A stretch of 64,000 nt of DNA from the NCBI GenBank assembly GCA_963743915.1, contig CAVURN010000003.1:1-64000 (forward strand). Direction: 5' to 3'. Origin of the DNA: an uncultured Actinomycetota bacterium. Lineage in GTDB: Bacteria > Actinomycetota > Actinomycetes > JAHEKZ01. Below the pieces are notes generated by a model, which worked only from the letters and a program-made list of their open reading frames with translations, ran no database searches and was not told the origin of the DNA. Below, in pieces: positions 1 to 10,694 of this stretch (its first letter is position 1; every line of letters begins with the position of its first letter). A program made the translations under genes and the position numbers.

Positions 1-63
1 GGGCGTCCCCCGATGAGCTGACCGGGCCACGCATCATGCTCACGGAAAGGGACGTGGAGCCGC

Positions 64-1431
64 TGTTGACTTTCGGGTGATGGGTGACAGTTCTATGTCG
101 GTTGATTGGTTCCACTCGCTCGTAGTGTCTCGCGACCGCCGGGGATCGACGCTCGCTTCTTGCGGACTGGTCCAGGAGTGTTCCGTTTCTCGGTTCGCAG
201 CAGGGTGTCGCCGTCGAAGAACTGCAGCACCTCGTCGGTGACCCAGACGTCGATGTTTCGTCCGGCCGCCGCTGCACCCGAGGCATACCTGCTGCCAGTT
301 CACGCAGACGACGCCCACCCCGGATGCCCGGCGAGCCACCCACACCCCGTCACCACGGCCGGCTTTCGGGCGGTCTCGGTGGGGAGCGGGCGTAAGGCGC
401 CACCGAAGCGGGTGCATCTTGAGGAACTGTGACGCCGGGGTGCCCATGCCCGATGGCCTGATGCGGCCGCTGGTGTTGTACTCGATGCACCCACTCGTCG
501 AGCTCGGCCTGCGCCGCAGCCAGGTCTGCGAACACCCGGTCGGTGCGGAACTCGGTCCGCACGCTCCGATGGAACCGCTCGATCTTCCCCGTCGTGGTCG
601 GCGACCGCGGCTGGGTCAGCCGGTGCGTCGATCGCCGTTCTCCCGGCAGATCCGATCGAACAGCACCTCCACCGGCGGCTGGTTGAACCGACCCGTGAAC
701 ACCTTGCCGTTGTCGGTCAGGATCTCGCCCGGGACACCCCAACGAGCGCATCGCCAACGCCAGCCCATCACACACCCGCTGAGACGACTCCCGCACCATC
801 AAGAACGCCGACACGCAGAACCTGGAGTGATCATCGACCCCGGTCAACGCCTTGGCCTCGTGCCGTCCGCGAGCACGAACCCGCCCACCACGTCCATCTG
901 CCACAACTCCATCGGCGAGCCCCGCTCCCACCGCTTCCACTTCCGATCCCGCGGCCGCCGCGCGTCCGGATCGATCAGCCCCAACCGGACCAACGCCCGA
1001 TACACCCCCGACTCCGACGGCAACGGCTCCACCCCCGCCGGCCAGCTCGAACACCAACCGCCGCGGACCCCACGACGGATGCGCCCGCCGCAACTCGCGC
1101 CACCACCACCTCCACATCCGCCGACATCTGATGCGGACACGACCGCGGCCGATGCGACCGATCCCCCAGCTTCTCGAGCCCACCGGCCTCGTACTTCGCG
1201 CAGCCACGCATGCAACGTCTTCCGCGACACCCCGAACCGGGCCGCCACCTCCGTCACCGTCTCGCCCTCGGCGATCACCGCCAGCACCGCCTGATACCGC
1301 TGCTCAGCTCACACTCATCTCCCTCATCGGGGAGTGTCACCGATCAACCGAAACAGCTGTCAACCCATCAACCGAAACACTGTCAGGCATCAGCCGAAGC
1401 CCAAACGTCAGGCATCAGCCGAAGTAATACA
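64..1431 (-). mobile_element. IS481-family insertion sequence
   Basis: Ends are TGT (64-66) and ACA (1429-1431). Subterminal ~18-bp motifs (TGTCA..CATCA.CCGAA) occur four times at the right end and twice, inverted, at the left end. Flanked by a 15-bp near-identical direct repeat (49-63 and 1432-1446). Confidence 0.88.
93..1327 (-). CDS. IS481 transposase (HTH + rve DDE), several frameshifts
   Basis: Pieces across frames: VTEVAARFGVSRKTLHAW, PMELWQMDVVGG, LTGVDDHSRF, SPTTTGKIERFHRS, RPHQAIG. Confidence 0.9.
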
Positions 1432-1437
1432 GAGACG

Positions 1438-1514
1438 TGGAGCCGCCTGTCGGAATCGAACCGACGACCTACGCATTACGAGTGCGTCGCTCTGGCCAAC
1501 TGAGCTAAGGCGGC
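1438..1514 (-). tRNA. tRNA-Thr(CGT)
   Basis: GCCGCCTTAGCTCAG...CTCGTAA...GTTCGATTCCGACAGGCGGCTCCA cloverleaf with encoded CCA. Confidence 0.97.
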
Positions 1515-1643
1515 GAGCCCCAGAACGGGACCGCCCAAGTCTACCGATCCGCATGAACGACCTCACGAGTACCTGTGCCGGGCCTCTTGACGCCCTACCT
1601 GGCTGGGTCACTAGCCTTCGACTCACCCCACGAAGGAGCGGCC

Positions 1644-2057
1644 ATGGCTTCGCGACTCAACCCGTACCTCAGCTTCGACGGCGACGCTCGCGCGGCCATG
1701 GAGTTCTATCAGTCGGTCTTCGGCGGGTCACTCGCCATGAACACCTTCGGTGAGTACGGAGCCGCCGACATGCCCGACGCCGACAAGATCATGCACGCCA
1801 TGCTCGAGGCCGACAACGGGTTCACGTTGATGGCGTCGGACACACCCCCAGGGATGGCCTTCGACCCGGGCAGCCGGATCACGATCAGCCTCAGCGGTGA
1901 GGACGGCGACGAGCTGCGCGACTACTGGCAGAAGCTGTCGGAGTCCGGATCGGTCACCATGCCGCTGGAGAAGCAGATGTGGGGCGATGAGTTCGGCATG
2001 TGCGTCGACGGGTTCGGCATCGGCTGGATGGTGAACATCGCTCAGGCCGCGGCCTGA
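1644..2057 (+). CDS. VOC/PhnB-like (glyoxalase superfamily) protein
   Basis: LNPYLSFDGDARAAMEFYQSVFGG, IMHAML, WGDEFGMCVDGFGIGWMVN; GAAGGAG RBS. Confidence 0.9.
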   Translation: MASRLNPYLSFDGDARAAMEFYQSVFGGSLAMNTFGEYGAADMPDADKIMHAMLEADNGFTLMASDTPPGMAFDPGSRITISLSGEDGDELRDYWQKLSESGSVTMPLEKQMWGDEFGMCVDGFGIGWMVNIAQAAA

Positions 2058-2060
2058 GAA

Positions 2061-3680
2061 TCACGCCTGCTCGCTGCCCGGTGCCACCGTCGGGAGTCGG
2101 CCGGTGAAGAGGAAGGCGAGCGCCGCCAGCACCGCGGCAACCGCGAACGCCGCCTGCAGTGCCTCGAGCCTGGCATCGGTGTTGATCTGCACGATCTCGT
2201 CGGCTGATGCCTCATCGACGCCCGCCTCGGCCAAGGCGTCCTCGAGCTGGGCGTCGGACACGAACGCGACCCCTGAGGTGATCTCGGTCGTCACCTGGTC
2301 CTGAACGGACGCCTCGAGCTCGGCATTGCCGCTGATCCCTGCAAGAGCGGCCGAGCTGAGCGCCGCGATCAGCACCGACCCGACCAGTGCCGTGCCGAGC
2401 GAGATGCCCAGGTTGGTGACGGTGTTCTGCAGCCCGCCGACCTCCGGAGCCCGCTCGTCGGGCAGTGCTGAGACGGTGACGGCCCCCAGCTGGGACGAGA
2501 GCGCACCCATGCCCAGCCCGAGGAGCAGCATCGGGATCGAGACGACCGCGGCGTTGGCGCCCGGGTCCATGCCGCCCACGAGCATCAACGTTCCTGCCAG
2601 CATCGGGATCAGGCCCAGCCGGACGACTCGCCTCGGGCTGGCCTGCGGCCACACCTTCGGGATACCCGCCGCTGCGACGAGGAGCGCGACGGACAACGGG
2701 AAGATCCGGATACCGGTCTCGAGGGCGCTCAGGCCGAGCGCCACGGACAGGAAGAGCGGCACGGCGAAGAAGACGCCTGCCTGCACGATGTACTGGAAGA
2801 AGAACATGATCAGCCCGCCGGTCATCTGCCGGTTCTCGAAGATCTCGGGATCCACGAGCGGCTCATGCTCCCTGCGGATCATGCGGTTCTGCCACAGCAG
2901 GAAGCAGTACAGGACCAGAAGCCCGGCGGTGATCATCCAGATGACCGGTGAGGTGCCGAAGACGGTCGGGCCGTCCGGCTGGGGCCTGAGCCACCCCCAC
3001 TCACCGGACTGCAGCACGCCCAGCACGATCAGGCTGAGACCGACGATGGACAACAGGGAGCCGACGAGGTCGAGGTGACTCGGCGTCACCTCGACGTCGT
3101 TGATCTTGCGAAGGACGAGCAGGATGGCGATGACGATGATGACCTCGCCGGCGAAGACGTACCTCCACGAGGCAAAGGTCGTGACAGCGCCACCGATGAG
3201 CGGTCCAGCCGCCACGGCCATGCCGCCGGCGGCAGCGACCATGCCATAGGCAGCCGCCCTGCCCTGCGCGGGGACGTTGGCAGCGACGAGGGCGACGATC
3301 GCGGGAAGGATCAGGGCGGCGCCGATCCCCTCGAACAGGGACCATCCGATGAGCAGCACCGTCAGGTTCGGTGCCAGTGCCGTCGTGAACGACCCGATCC
3401 CGTAGATGACGAGTCCGATGCCGAACGCGCGTCGGCGTCCCAGGATGCTGCCGAGCTTGCCGCCGGTGATCATCAGCGAGGCCATGACCAAGGTGTAGAG
3501 GGTGATGGCGGTCTGGATGCCGGTGATCGTCGTGTCGAGGTCCTCGGCCACCTGCGCCATCGAGACGTTCATGACCGACGAGTCGAGGATCATCAGGAAC
3601 TGCGCCGCGGCCAAGGTCAGCAGGACGAGCCGGGTACTCGATGGGCGCGTGTCGGTCTGGGTCTCGGTCACGGCCGACAT
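2061..3680 (-). CDS. DHA2 (14-TMS) MFS transporter
   Basis: AQFLMILDSSVMNV, GGKLGSILGRRR motif A, many hydrophobic segments. Confidence 0.9.
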   Translation of the reverse strand: MSAVTETQTDTRPSSTRLVLLTLAAAQFLMILDSSVMNVSMAQVAEDLDTTITGIQTAITLYTLVMASLMITGGKLGSILGRRRAFGIGLVIYGIGSFTTALAPNLTVLLIGWSLFEGIGAALILPAIVALVAANVPAQGRAAAYGMVAAAGGMAVAAGPLIGGAVTTFASWRYVFAGEVIIVIAILLVLRKINDVEVTPSHLDLVGSLLSIVGLSLIVLGVLQSGEWGWLRPQPDGPTVFGTSPVIWMITAGLLVLYCFLLWQNRMIRREHEPLVDPEIFENRQMTGGLIMFFFQYIVQAGVFFAVPLFLSVALGLSALETGIRIFPLSVALLVAAAGIPKVWPQASPRRVVRLGLIPMLAGTLMLVGGMDPGANAAVVSIPMLLLGLGMGALSSQLGAVTVSALPDERAPEVGGLQNTVTNLGISLGTALVGSVLIAALSSAALAGISGNAELEASVQDQVTTEITSGVAFVSDAQLEDALAEAGVDEASADEIVQINTDARLEALQAAFAVAAVLAALAFLFTGRLPTVAPGSEQA

Positions 3681-3711
3681 CCTGGCAGTCCTACGCCCAC
3701 GGGGCGAGGAC

Positions 3712-5229
3712 TCAGCACATCGTCGGGTCGCGCGGAACTTCTCCCGAGACGAGGTAGCGGTCGACGGCGTCGTCGACGCACGCGTTGCCTGCGTTGTATC
3801 CCGTGTGTCCGTCACCATCGCGGGAGACGAGCACTCCGCTCTCCAAGGACTTCGCCAGTGTCAGCGACCAGGAGTACGGCGTCGCCGGGTCACGGGTGGT
3901 ACCGATCACGACGATGGGGTCAGCTCCCTTGGCCACGACTCGCGTCGGGAACTCACCGCCCGGTGCCGGCCAGTCACGACAGCCCATCGCTGACCACGCG
4001 AACCCGCGGCCGAAGATCGGCGAGATGCCTTCGTACTGCTGCTCGAGCACACTGCACCCTCTTGAGGGTGGCCGACTCCGGACGATCGGTACAGCTGATC
4101 GCCGGGAACGCGGAGTTCACGTTGGATGCATAGGTGCCGTCAGGGTTCCGCTCCGCATACTGGTCAGCCAGTGCCAGCAGCACCGTGCCGTCCCCGTTGA
4201 GCGCCTGTGCCAGTCCCAGACGGAGTGCCGGCCAGCCGGACGCCTCGCTGTACATCGCAGAGATCATGCCGGTGGTCGCCAGCGACTCGGTCAGCAGTCG
4301 TCCGGACTCGGTCGGCAGTGGTCGGGCGTCGATAGCCGCAAGAAGATCGATCAGCTGTTGCTCGGCCTGTTGGACCGTGGGGCCGACCGCGCACCCTCGA
4401 CGCGCCACGCAGTCTTCCAGGAACGCCATCGTCGCTCGCTGGAACCCACGGAGCTGTCCGCGGGCAAGCTGCTCGGAGGAGACCTGCGGGTCGAGCGCGG
4501 CGTCCAGGACCATCCGTCCGACACGCTGGGGGAACAGCTCGGCATAGACGGCCCCGAGCTCGGTGCCGTAGCTGGCCCCGAAGTAGTTGAGACGCGGCTC
4601 GTCCACGGCGGCACGCAGGATGTCGAGGTCACGGGCGGAGTTGAACGTTCCCAGCTCGGGGATCAGGTTCGCGGCGTCTGTCGACGCACCCGGCGGTGAA
4701 GGCGTCCAGCAACCCGATGAGATCGCGGACCTCGGAAGCGTCATCGGGTGTGCCATCGGTCTCGTAGAAGACGTCGGTCTCGGCGTCCGACATGCAGGAG
4801 ATGGAGGTGCTGGCACCCACCCCCCGCGGATCCCAGCCGATGATGTCGAAGTGCTCGAGCACAGGTCGGGTGAACAGGACCTCAGCAGCCCGGGCGTACG
4901 TGATGCCGGAGACACCCGGTCCACCCGGGTTGACGAAGAGAGCACCGATCTTCTCGTCCTGGTTGTTGGCCGGCCTGCGGAGCAGGGCCAGCGTGATGCT
5001 CTGGCCTCTTCGGCCGGTCGTAGTCGAGGGGGACGTCAACACGGGTGCACTCGAAGCCCTCGCACTCGTTCCACTCCGCCTTCTGGGAGTAGAAAGCATC
5101 GAGGGCGTCCGGTTGTTCGCGCGTCTCCGAGGGGCTCGGCAACGGCGACACGGCAACGTCGGGTGCATCATCGGTGCACCCGACGAGGAGCAGGGCTGCG
5201 GCCGTGGCCGCGGCCAGGACGCGTCTCAA
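3712..5229 (-). CDS. Lipoprotein alpha/beta hydrolase (TAP-like peptidase), frameshifted
   Basis: Lipobox LLLVGC, NPGGPGVSG, WDPRGVG, GASYG nucleophile, DPATPY, GHTGY; split over 4 frames. Confidence 0.88.
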
Positions 5230-5915
5230 CCGCGGCTCCCCGGCAAGACAGACTGGAGCCAGTTGATGAGTCCGTTCGGGTTGCGGCTCTGCGTGACGAC
5301 GCGACCAGGGCCTTGGAAGTCCATGACCATGCCCTCGCCGGACTTCAGGGTGCCCATGAGGCCGCCCGCGGCCTTACGGACCTGGACGTTGATCGTGTCG
5401 TCGTAGGCGACGAGGTGACCGGAGTCGACGGTGAACCCCTGTCCCTGCTGAAGGTCGTGCACGTCCAGGGCGCCATAGGCGGCCAGCACGACGGTCCCTT
5501 GTCCGGTGGCATGGAGCACGAACGCTCCTTCGCCACCACGGAACATCGTGGCCCCACCCCACTTGGTGTCGAGCTCGACACCGGCGGCGTTGGCGAGCCA
5601 CGAACCCCTGCGTGATGACGAGCGCCCGTCCCGGCTCGACGTCGGTCACCCAGATGTCACCCGGGAGGTTGGCCCCGACGTCGACCCAGGTGCTTCGCGC
5701 TCGCGTGCCCGGTGAAGGTGGTGACGAAGAGGGACTCGCCGCCGGCAACGCCGCGCTTCAAGCGCCCCCATCAGGCCACCCTGCATCTGGGCGTCGACGG
5801 TGACCCCGAAGGAGTGCATGGCCATGGCCCCGGACTCCGCACGCATCTGCTCTCCCGGAGCGAGATGAATTCGCGCCAGGGCGAAACTCGGCTGGTGACG
5901 GACCTCGACCTGCAT
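5226..5915 (-). CDS. TIGR00266/AIM24 family protein, frameshifted
   Basis: MQVEVRHQPSFALARIHL..AESGAM, GGEGAF, VDSGHLVAY, SGEGMVMDFQGPGRV. Confidence 0.85.
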
Positions 5916-5928
5916 CGGACCTCCCCGA

Positions 5929-7082
5929 TCATCCGGCGCGGAGCGCCAGAACCATCTCTTCGACAGCCAGCTGCGGCGTGACGTACGCCATGACCTTCTC
6001 GCGTGCCTCCAGTATCGCTTCCATCGACCGCATCGTGGACTCGGGCCGCGAGCCTTCAGCAATCCGCTCGATGGCTGCACGCATCTCGGCGTTGACCAAG
6101 GTCACCTCTCCGCCGACCTGAACCACGAGGACGTCACGGTAGTACGAGAGGAGGTCCTGCAGGTCGCGGTCGAGCTCGTCGATCGTGGCGCGCTTGCGGC
6201 GCTTGTCCTGCTGGTCCTTCAGCCGCTTGAACTCCGCCCGCGCCCACTGAGGGGGACGATCCGGGTTCTCGACCCCCATGCCTCGCGCCAGCTCGATCCG
6301 TTCCTTGTCGTCGACGCGCTTGGTGCGCTCGGCCCCGCGTTCGGACGCCGCATCGACCAGGTCGCGCGCCGCGACCAGAGCCCCGCCGAGTGTGACGACC
6401 GACGTCGGCACGGAGAGAGTCGCCGGCACGGGTGAGGCGCGCCTGCTTCGTCGTGGGCCAGACCACGGGCGCGTCCGATGTGACCCATGGACGCCCTGGC
6501 GGCGAAAGCTGCCATCGGCTCGTCGATGCCGTCACGCTCGACGAGGTGCTGCGCCACCGCTGCTGCCGTCGGCGTGGCCAGCACGACATGTCGGCACCGC
6601 GACCGGATGGTGGGGAGCACGTCCTCCAGCGACGGGGCGCAGAGCAGCCAGACGGTGTGCGGCGTCGGCTCCTCCAGGGACTTCAGCAGCGCGTTGTTGG
6701 CATGCTCGGTGAGCCGGTCGGCGTCCTCGAGCACGATGACGCGCCAATGTGCCAACGAAGGTGCGGCAGCGGCCTCGAGGACGAGGGTGCGCGCGGTCTC
6801 GACCGAGATCGTCATGGCCTCAGTCGTGACGTGGTCGACATCGGGGTGAGTACCGACCATCGCGGTGTGGCAGTCCGCACACTTGCCGCAGCCGCCGTCG
6901 GGGCAGACCAGCGCGGCGGCGAAGGCGCGTGCAGCGACCGAGCGGCCCGATCCGGGTGGTCCGGTGAAGAGCCAGGCGTGTGTCATGGCCGGTCCGGGCG
7001 TCGACATGGCTGCGTCCCGCACGGCACGGTCCAGCACCTCGACAGCGCGTTGCTGCCCGACCAAGGCGTCGAAGGCACTCAC
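5929..7082 (-). CDS. holB: DNA polymerase III delta' subunit, frameshifted
   Basis: HAWLFTGPPGSGRS, Zn-finger CPDGGCGKCADC, NALLKSLEEP, TIRSRC; sits after tmk. Confidence 0.93.
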
Positions 7083-7700
7083 GGCAGCCGTCTCCGTCAC
7101 CGCAGCAAGCACAGCCGCGGCCAGGTCGTCGACGGGGCGGACGGCGTCCAGCACGAGGTAGCGCTCCGGGCTGCGCACAGCGAGCTCGAGGAAGTGCTCA
7201 CGCACGCGCTGGTGGAAGGCAAGCGGCTCGGACTCGAGACGGTCGGCCGGCGCATCGAACCGGGTGAGGCCGATCGCGGGATCGATGTCGAGGACGATCG
7301 TCAGGTGCGGCAGCAGACTGCCGGTCGCCCAGTGCGAGATGCGCTCGACGTCATCGGGGTCGAGCACGCGCCCGGCGCCCTGGTAGGCAACGGACGAGTC
7401 GAGATAGCGGTCGGTGATGCACACCGCGCCGCGTTCGAGCGCGGGTCGCACGACGGAGGCGACGTGCTCGGCCCGGTCCGCGGCATAGAGCAGCGCCTCG
7501 GTGCGCGCATCGAGCTGGCCGGTCTGGTGACCGAGCAGGATCTGCCGCAGCTCGCGTCCGACCGGCGTGTCACCCGGTTCGAAGGTGGTGACGACGTCAC
7601 GCCCCTGCGCCCGAAGTGCCTCGGCCAGGCGTCGCACCTGGGTGCTCTTGCCGGCGCCCTCGCCCCCCTCGAAGGCGACGAACAGACCGGGCGCAGACAT
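7079..7700 (-). CDS. tmk: dTMP kinase
   Basis: FVAFEGGEGAGKSTQ, DRYLDSSVAYQG; reads in frame into holB, probably through an indel. Confidence 0.95.
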
Positions 7701-7757
7701 CTGCCCAACCTATCCCGGCCCACCGACCAGCGGCCGAGTGTCCACGCCTCGGCCGCG

Positions 7758-10454
7758 CTACTTCTTGGCGGCCGCCTTCTTGGCGCGTCTTCTTGGCGGT
7801 CTTCTTGGCAGGGGCGCGCTTGGCTGCCCGTTTCTTCGGCGCCGGACCCTGGGCCCGCTTGTCGGCCAGCAGCTCGGCAGCGCGCTCGATGGTGATCGAC
7901 TCCGGCGCGTCCGTGCGGCGCAGGGTGGCGTTGGTCTCGCCGTCGGTCACGTAAGGCCCGAACCGACCGTCCTTCACCAGCACCTGCTTGCCGGTCACCG
8001 GGTCTGCTCCCGAGGTCGCGCAGCGGCGGCTGCGCCGCGCGGCGTCCCCGCTGCTTGGGCTGCGCATAGATCGCCAGCGCCTCGTCGAGCGTGACGGTGA
8101 ACATCTGCTCCTCGGACGCGAGCGAGCGCGAGTCGGTGCCCTTCTTCAGGTACGGCCCGTACCGGCCGTTCTGCGCGGTGATCTCCTGTCCGTCAGCTGG
8201 GTCGACACCCACCACCCGCGGCAGCGACAGCAGCCGCAGCGCGTCGTCCAGGGTCACGGTGTCGAGCGACATCGTCGACAGCAGGGACGCCGTGTGCGGC
8301 TTGACCGCGTTCTTGCCGGTCTTCGGGGCGTCGTCCGGCAGCACCTCGGTGACGTAGGGGCCGTACCGGCCCGACTTGGCGAGGATCTGGCGTCCGGTCC
8401 CGGGGTGGACGCCGAGCTCTCGGTCCCCGGACGGCGCTGCCAGCAGCTCTTCGGCCTTCTCCAGCGTCAGCTCGTCCGGTGTCATGTCGTGCGGCACGTT
8501 CGCCCGCTCGATGTCGTCACCGTCGCCGCGCTGCACGTAGGGTCCGTAGCGCCCGACCCGAAGGACGATGCCGTCACCGAGCGGCATCGAGTTGACCTCT
8601 CGTGCGTCGATCTCGCCGAGGTTGCTGACCAGCGGGTGCAGGCCCGGGAACTCGCGGCCGCTGTCGCCGAAGTAGAAACCCTCGAGCACCCGCTGCCGTG
8701 GCGTCTCGCCCGCCGCGACCAGGTCGAGGATCTCCTCCATCCGCGCGGTGAACGAGTAGTCGACGAGGTCGGCGAAGTGCCGCTCCATCAGGTTGACCAC
8801 GCTGAAGGCCAGGAACGACGGCACCAGTGCGGTGCCACGCTTGAAGACGTACCCGCGGTCGACGATCGTGCTGATCGTCGCGGCGTACGTCGACGGACGT
8901 CCGATCCCGCGCTCCTCGAGCGCCTTGACCAGGCTGGCCTCGGTGTAGCGGGCCGGTGGGTTGGTCGAGTGGCCCTCCGCCTCCAGCGTCGAGGGCGGTC
9001 ACCGTGTCGCCCTCGCGGAGGGCGGGCAGACGCCGCTCGTCCTCGGCGGCGTCCTCGGCTCGCGTCGGCGTCGCGTCCCTCTTCGTAGACCGCGAGGAAG
9101 CCTCGGTGAGTGATCACGGTCCCCGTGGCGCTGAACTCGGCGTCCCGGCCGTCACCGGCGACGCCGCCGAAGCGCACGGTCATCGTGGTGCCGCGAGCAT
9201 CGGACATCTGCGACGCCAGCGTGCGCTTCCAGATCAGCTCGTACAGCTTCAGCTCGTCTGGGGACAGCTCGCCGGCGAGCTCGCCGGGAGTGCGGAAGGC
9301 GTCGCCGGCCGGGCGGACGGCCTCGTGCGCCTCCTGCGCGTTCTTGACCTTCTTGGCCCACGAACGCGGCTTGTCGCTGACGTGGTCGGCGCCGTACAGC
9401 TCGGTGACCTGCGACCTCGCTGCCGACGACCGCGGTCGCCGACAACGTCGTCGAGTCGGTACGCATGTAGGTGATGTAGCCGTTCTCGTACAGCCGCTGG
9501 GCGACGCGCATCGCCGTCTGCGCCGTCATCCGCAGCTTGCGGCTCGCCTCCTGCTGCAGGGTCGAGGTGATGAACGGCGCCGCCGGCGACCGCCGGTACG
9601 GCTTCTCCTCGACCGACCGGACGGTCAGCGCGACGCCCGCGAGGCTGTCGGCCAGCGAGCGGGCGGCCCCCTCGTCGAGCACCACGACGTCGGCCTTCTT
9701 CAGCTGAGCGCGGTCGTCGAAGTCGCTGCCGCGAGCGATCGCGGCGACCGTCGACGCCGACCAGTGTCGCGCTGAACCGGGACGGGTCGAAGGTTCCTGC
9801 GATGTCCCAGTAGCCGGCCGAGACGAAGGCCATGCGCTCACGTTCACGCTCGACCACCAGCCGGGTGGCCACCGACTGCACCCGGCCCGCAGACAGACCG
9901 GTGGTGACCTTCTTCCACAGCACCGGCGAGACCTCGTAGCCGTAGAGGCGATCGATGATGCGGCGGGCCTCCTGCGCGTCGACCAGCCGCTGGTCGAGCT
10001 CGCGAGGCGACTCGGCGGCCGCACGGATGGCGTCCTTGGTGATCTCGTGGAAGACCATGCGGCGGACCGGCACCTTGGGCTTCAGCTCGTCGAGCAGGTG
10101 CCAGGCGATCGCCTCACCCTCGCGGTCCTCGTCCGTCGCGAGCAGCAGCTCGTCGACGTCCTTGAGCATCTTCTTCAGCTCGGTGACCTTGGCCCGCTTG
10201 TCCGGGCTGACGATGTACAGGGGCTCGAACCCGTTCTCGATGTCGACACCGAGCCTGGCCCACTTCTCCTTCTTGTACTTCGCGGGGATGTCGGCGGCGC
10301 TCTTGGGCAGGTCGCGGATGTGGCCCACGCTGGCCTCGACCTCGTAGCCCTCACCGAGGTAGCCACGGATGGTCTTGGCCTTGGCCGGCGACTCGACGAT
10401 CACCAGGCGTCGGGTCACGCCATCGCTCGCCGCCACCTGGGCTCCTCTGCTCAT
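7758..10454 (-). CDS. topA: DNA topoisomerase I, several frameshifts
   Basis: [40 protein letters not shown], actinobacterial GRYGPY repeats and Lys-rich tail. Confidence 0.96.
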
Positions 10455-10564
10455 CTGTTCGGACGTCTCGCCACGAGCCGTCCGCCGGAGTCTGACCGCA
10501 TCGGGGGCGGTCTTGTCAAACGGAAGCGACGGTAGCAGCGTGCCACCCGGTGGGCCCCCAGGCC

Positions 10565-10660
10565 TCGCCTACTGGTCCCTGACCTGCGCACTCGACGTCA
10601 CAGCGCGTCAACCAGGCCCGCACTCGACAGGCTGTGGCGTCTACCAGGCCCGCACTCGGC
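10565..10660 (-). repeat. Three 32-bp-period intergenic repeats (G[T/C]CGAGTGCG head)
   Basis: CGCACTCG(A/G)C at 10587, 10619 and 10651. Confidence 0.75.
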
Positions 10661-10694
10661 GGGCCTGTTGGTCCGCTGCGCTCGGGCCGCGCGG

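Noticed and set aside
1334-1431. Iteron or CRISPR-like direct repeats next to tRNA-Thr
   Set aside because: They are the subterminal transposase-binding repeats of the IS481 end, mirrored at 64-115.
6219-7700. Apparent Tmk-HolB fusion protein
   Set aside because: The junction has the usual GTGA stop/start overlap, and one indel in this error-rich region explains the read-through. Raw reads would be needed to revive the idea.
10565-10660. Mini CRISPR array
   Set aside because: The period is only 32 bp with ~9-bp variable parts, the repeats are degenerate, and there are no cas genes in the window.
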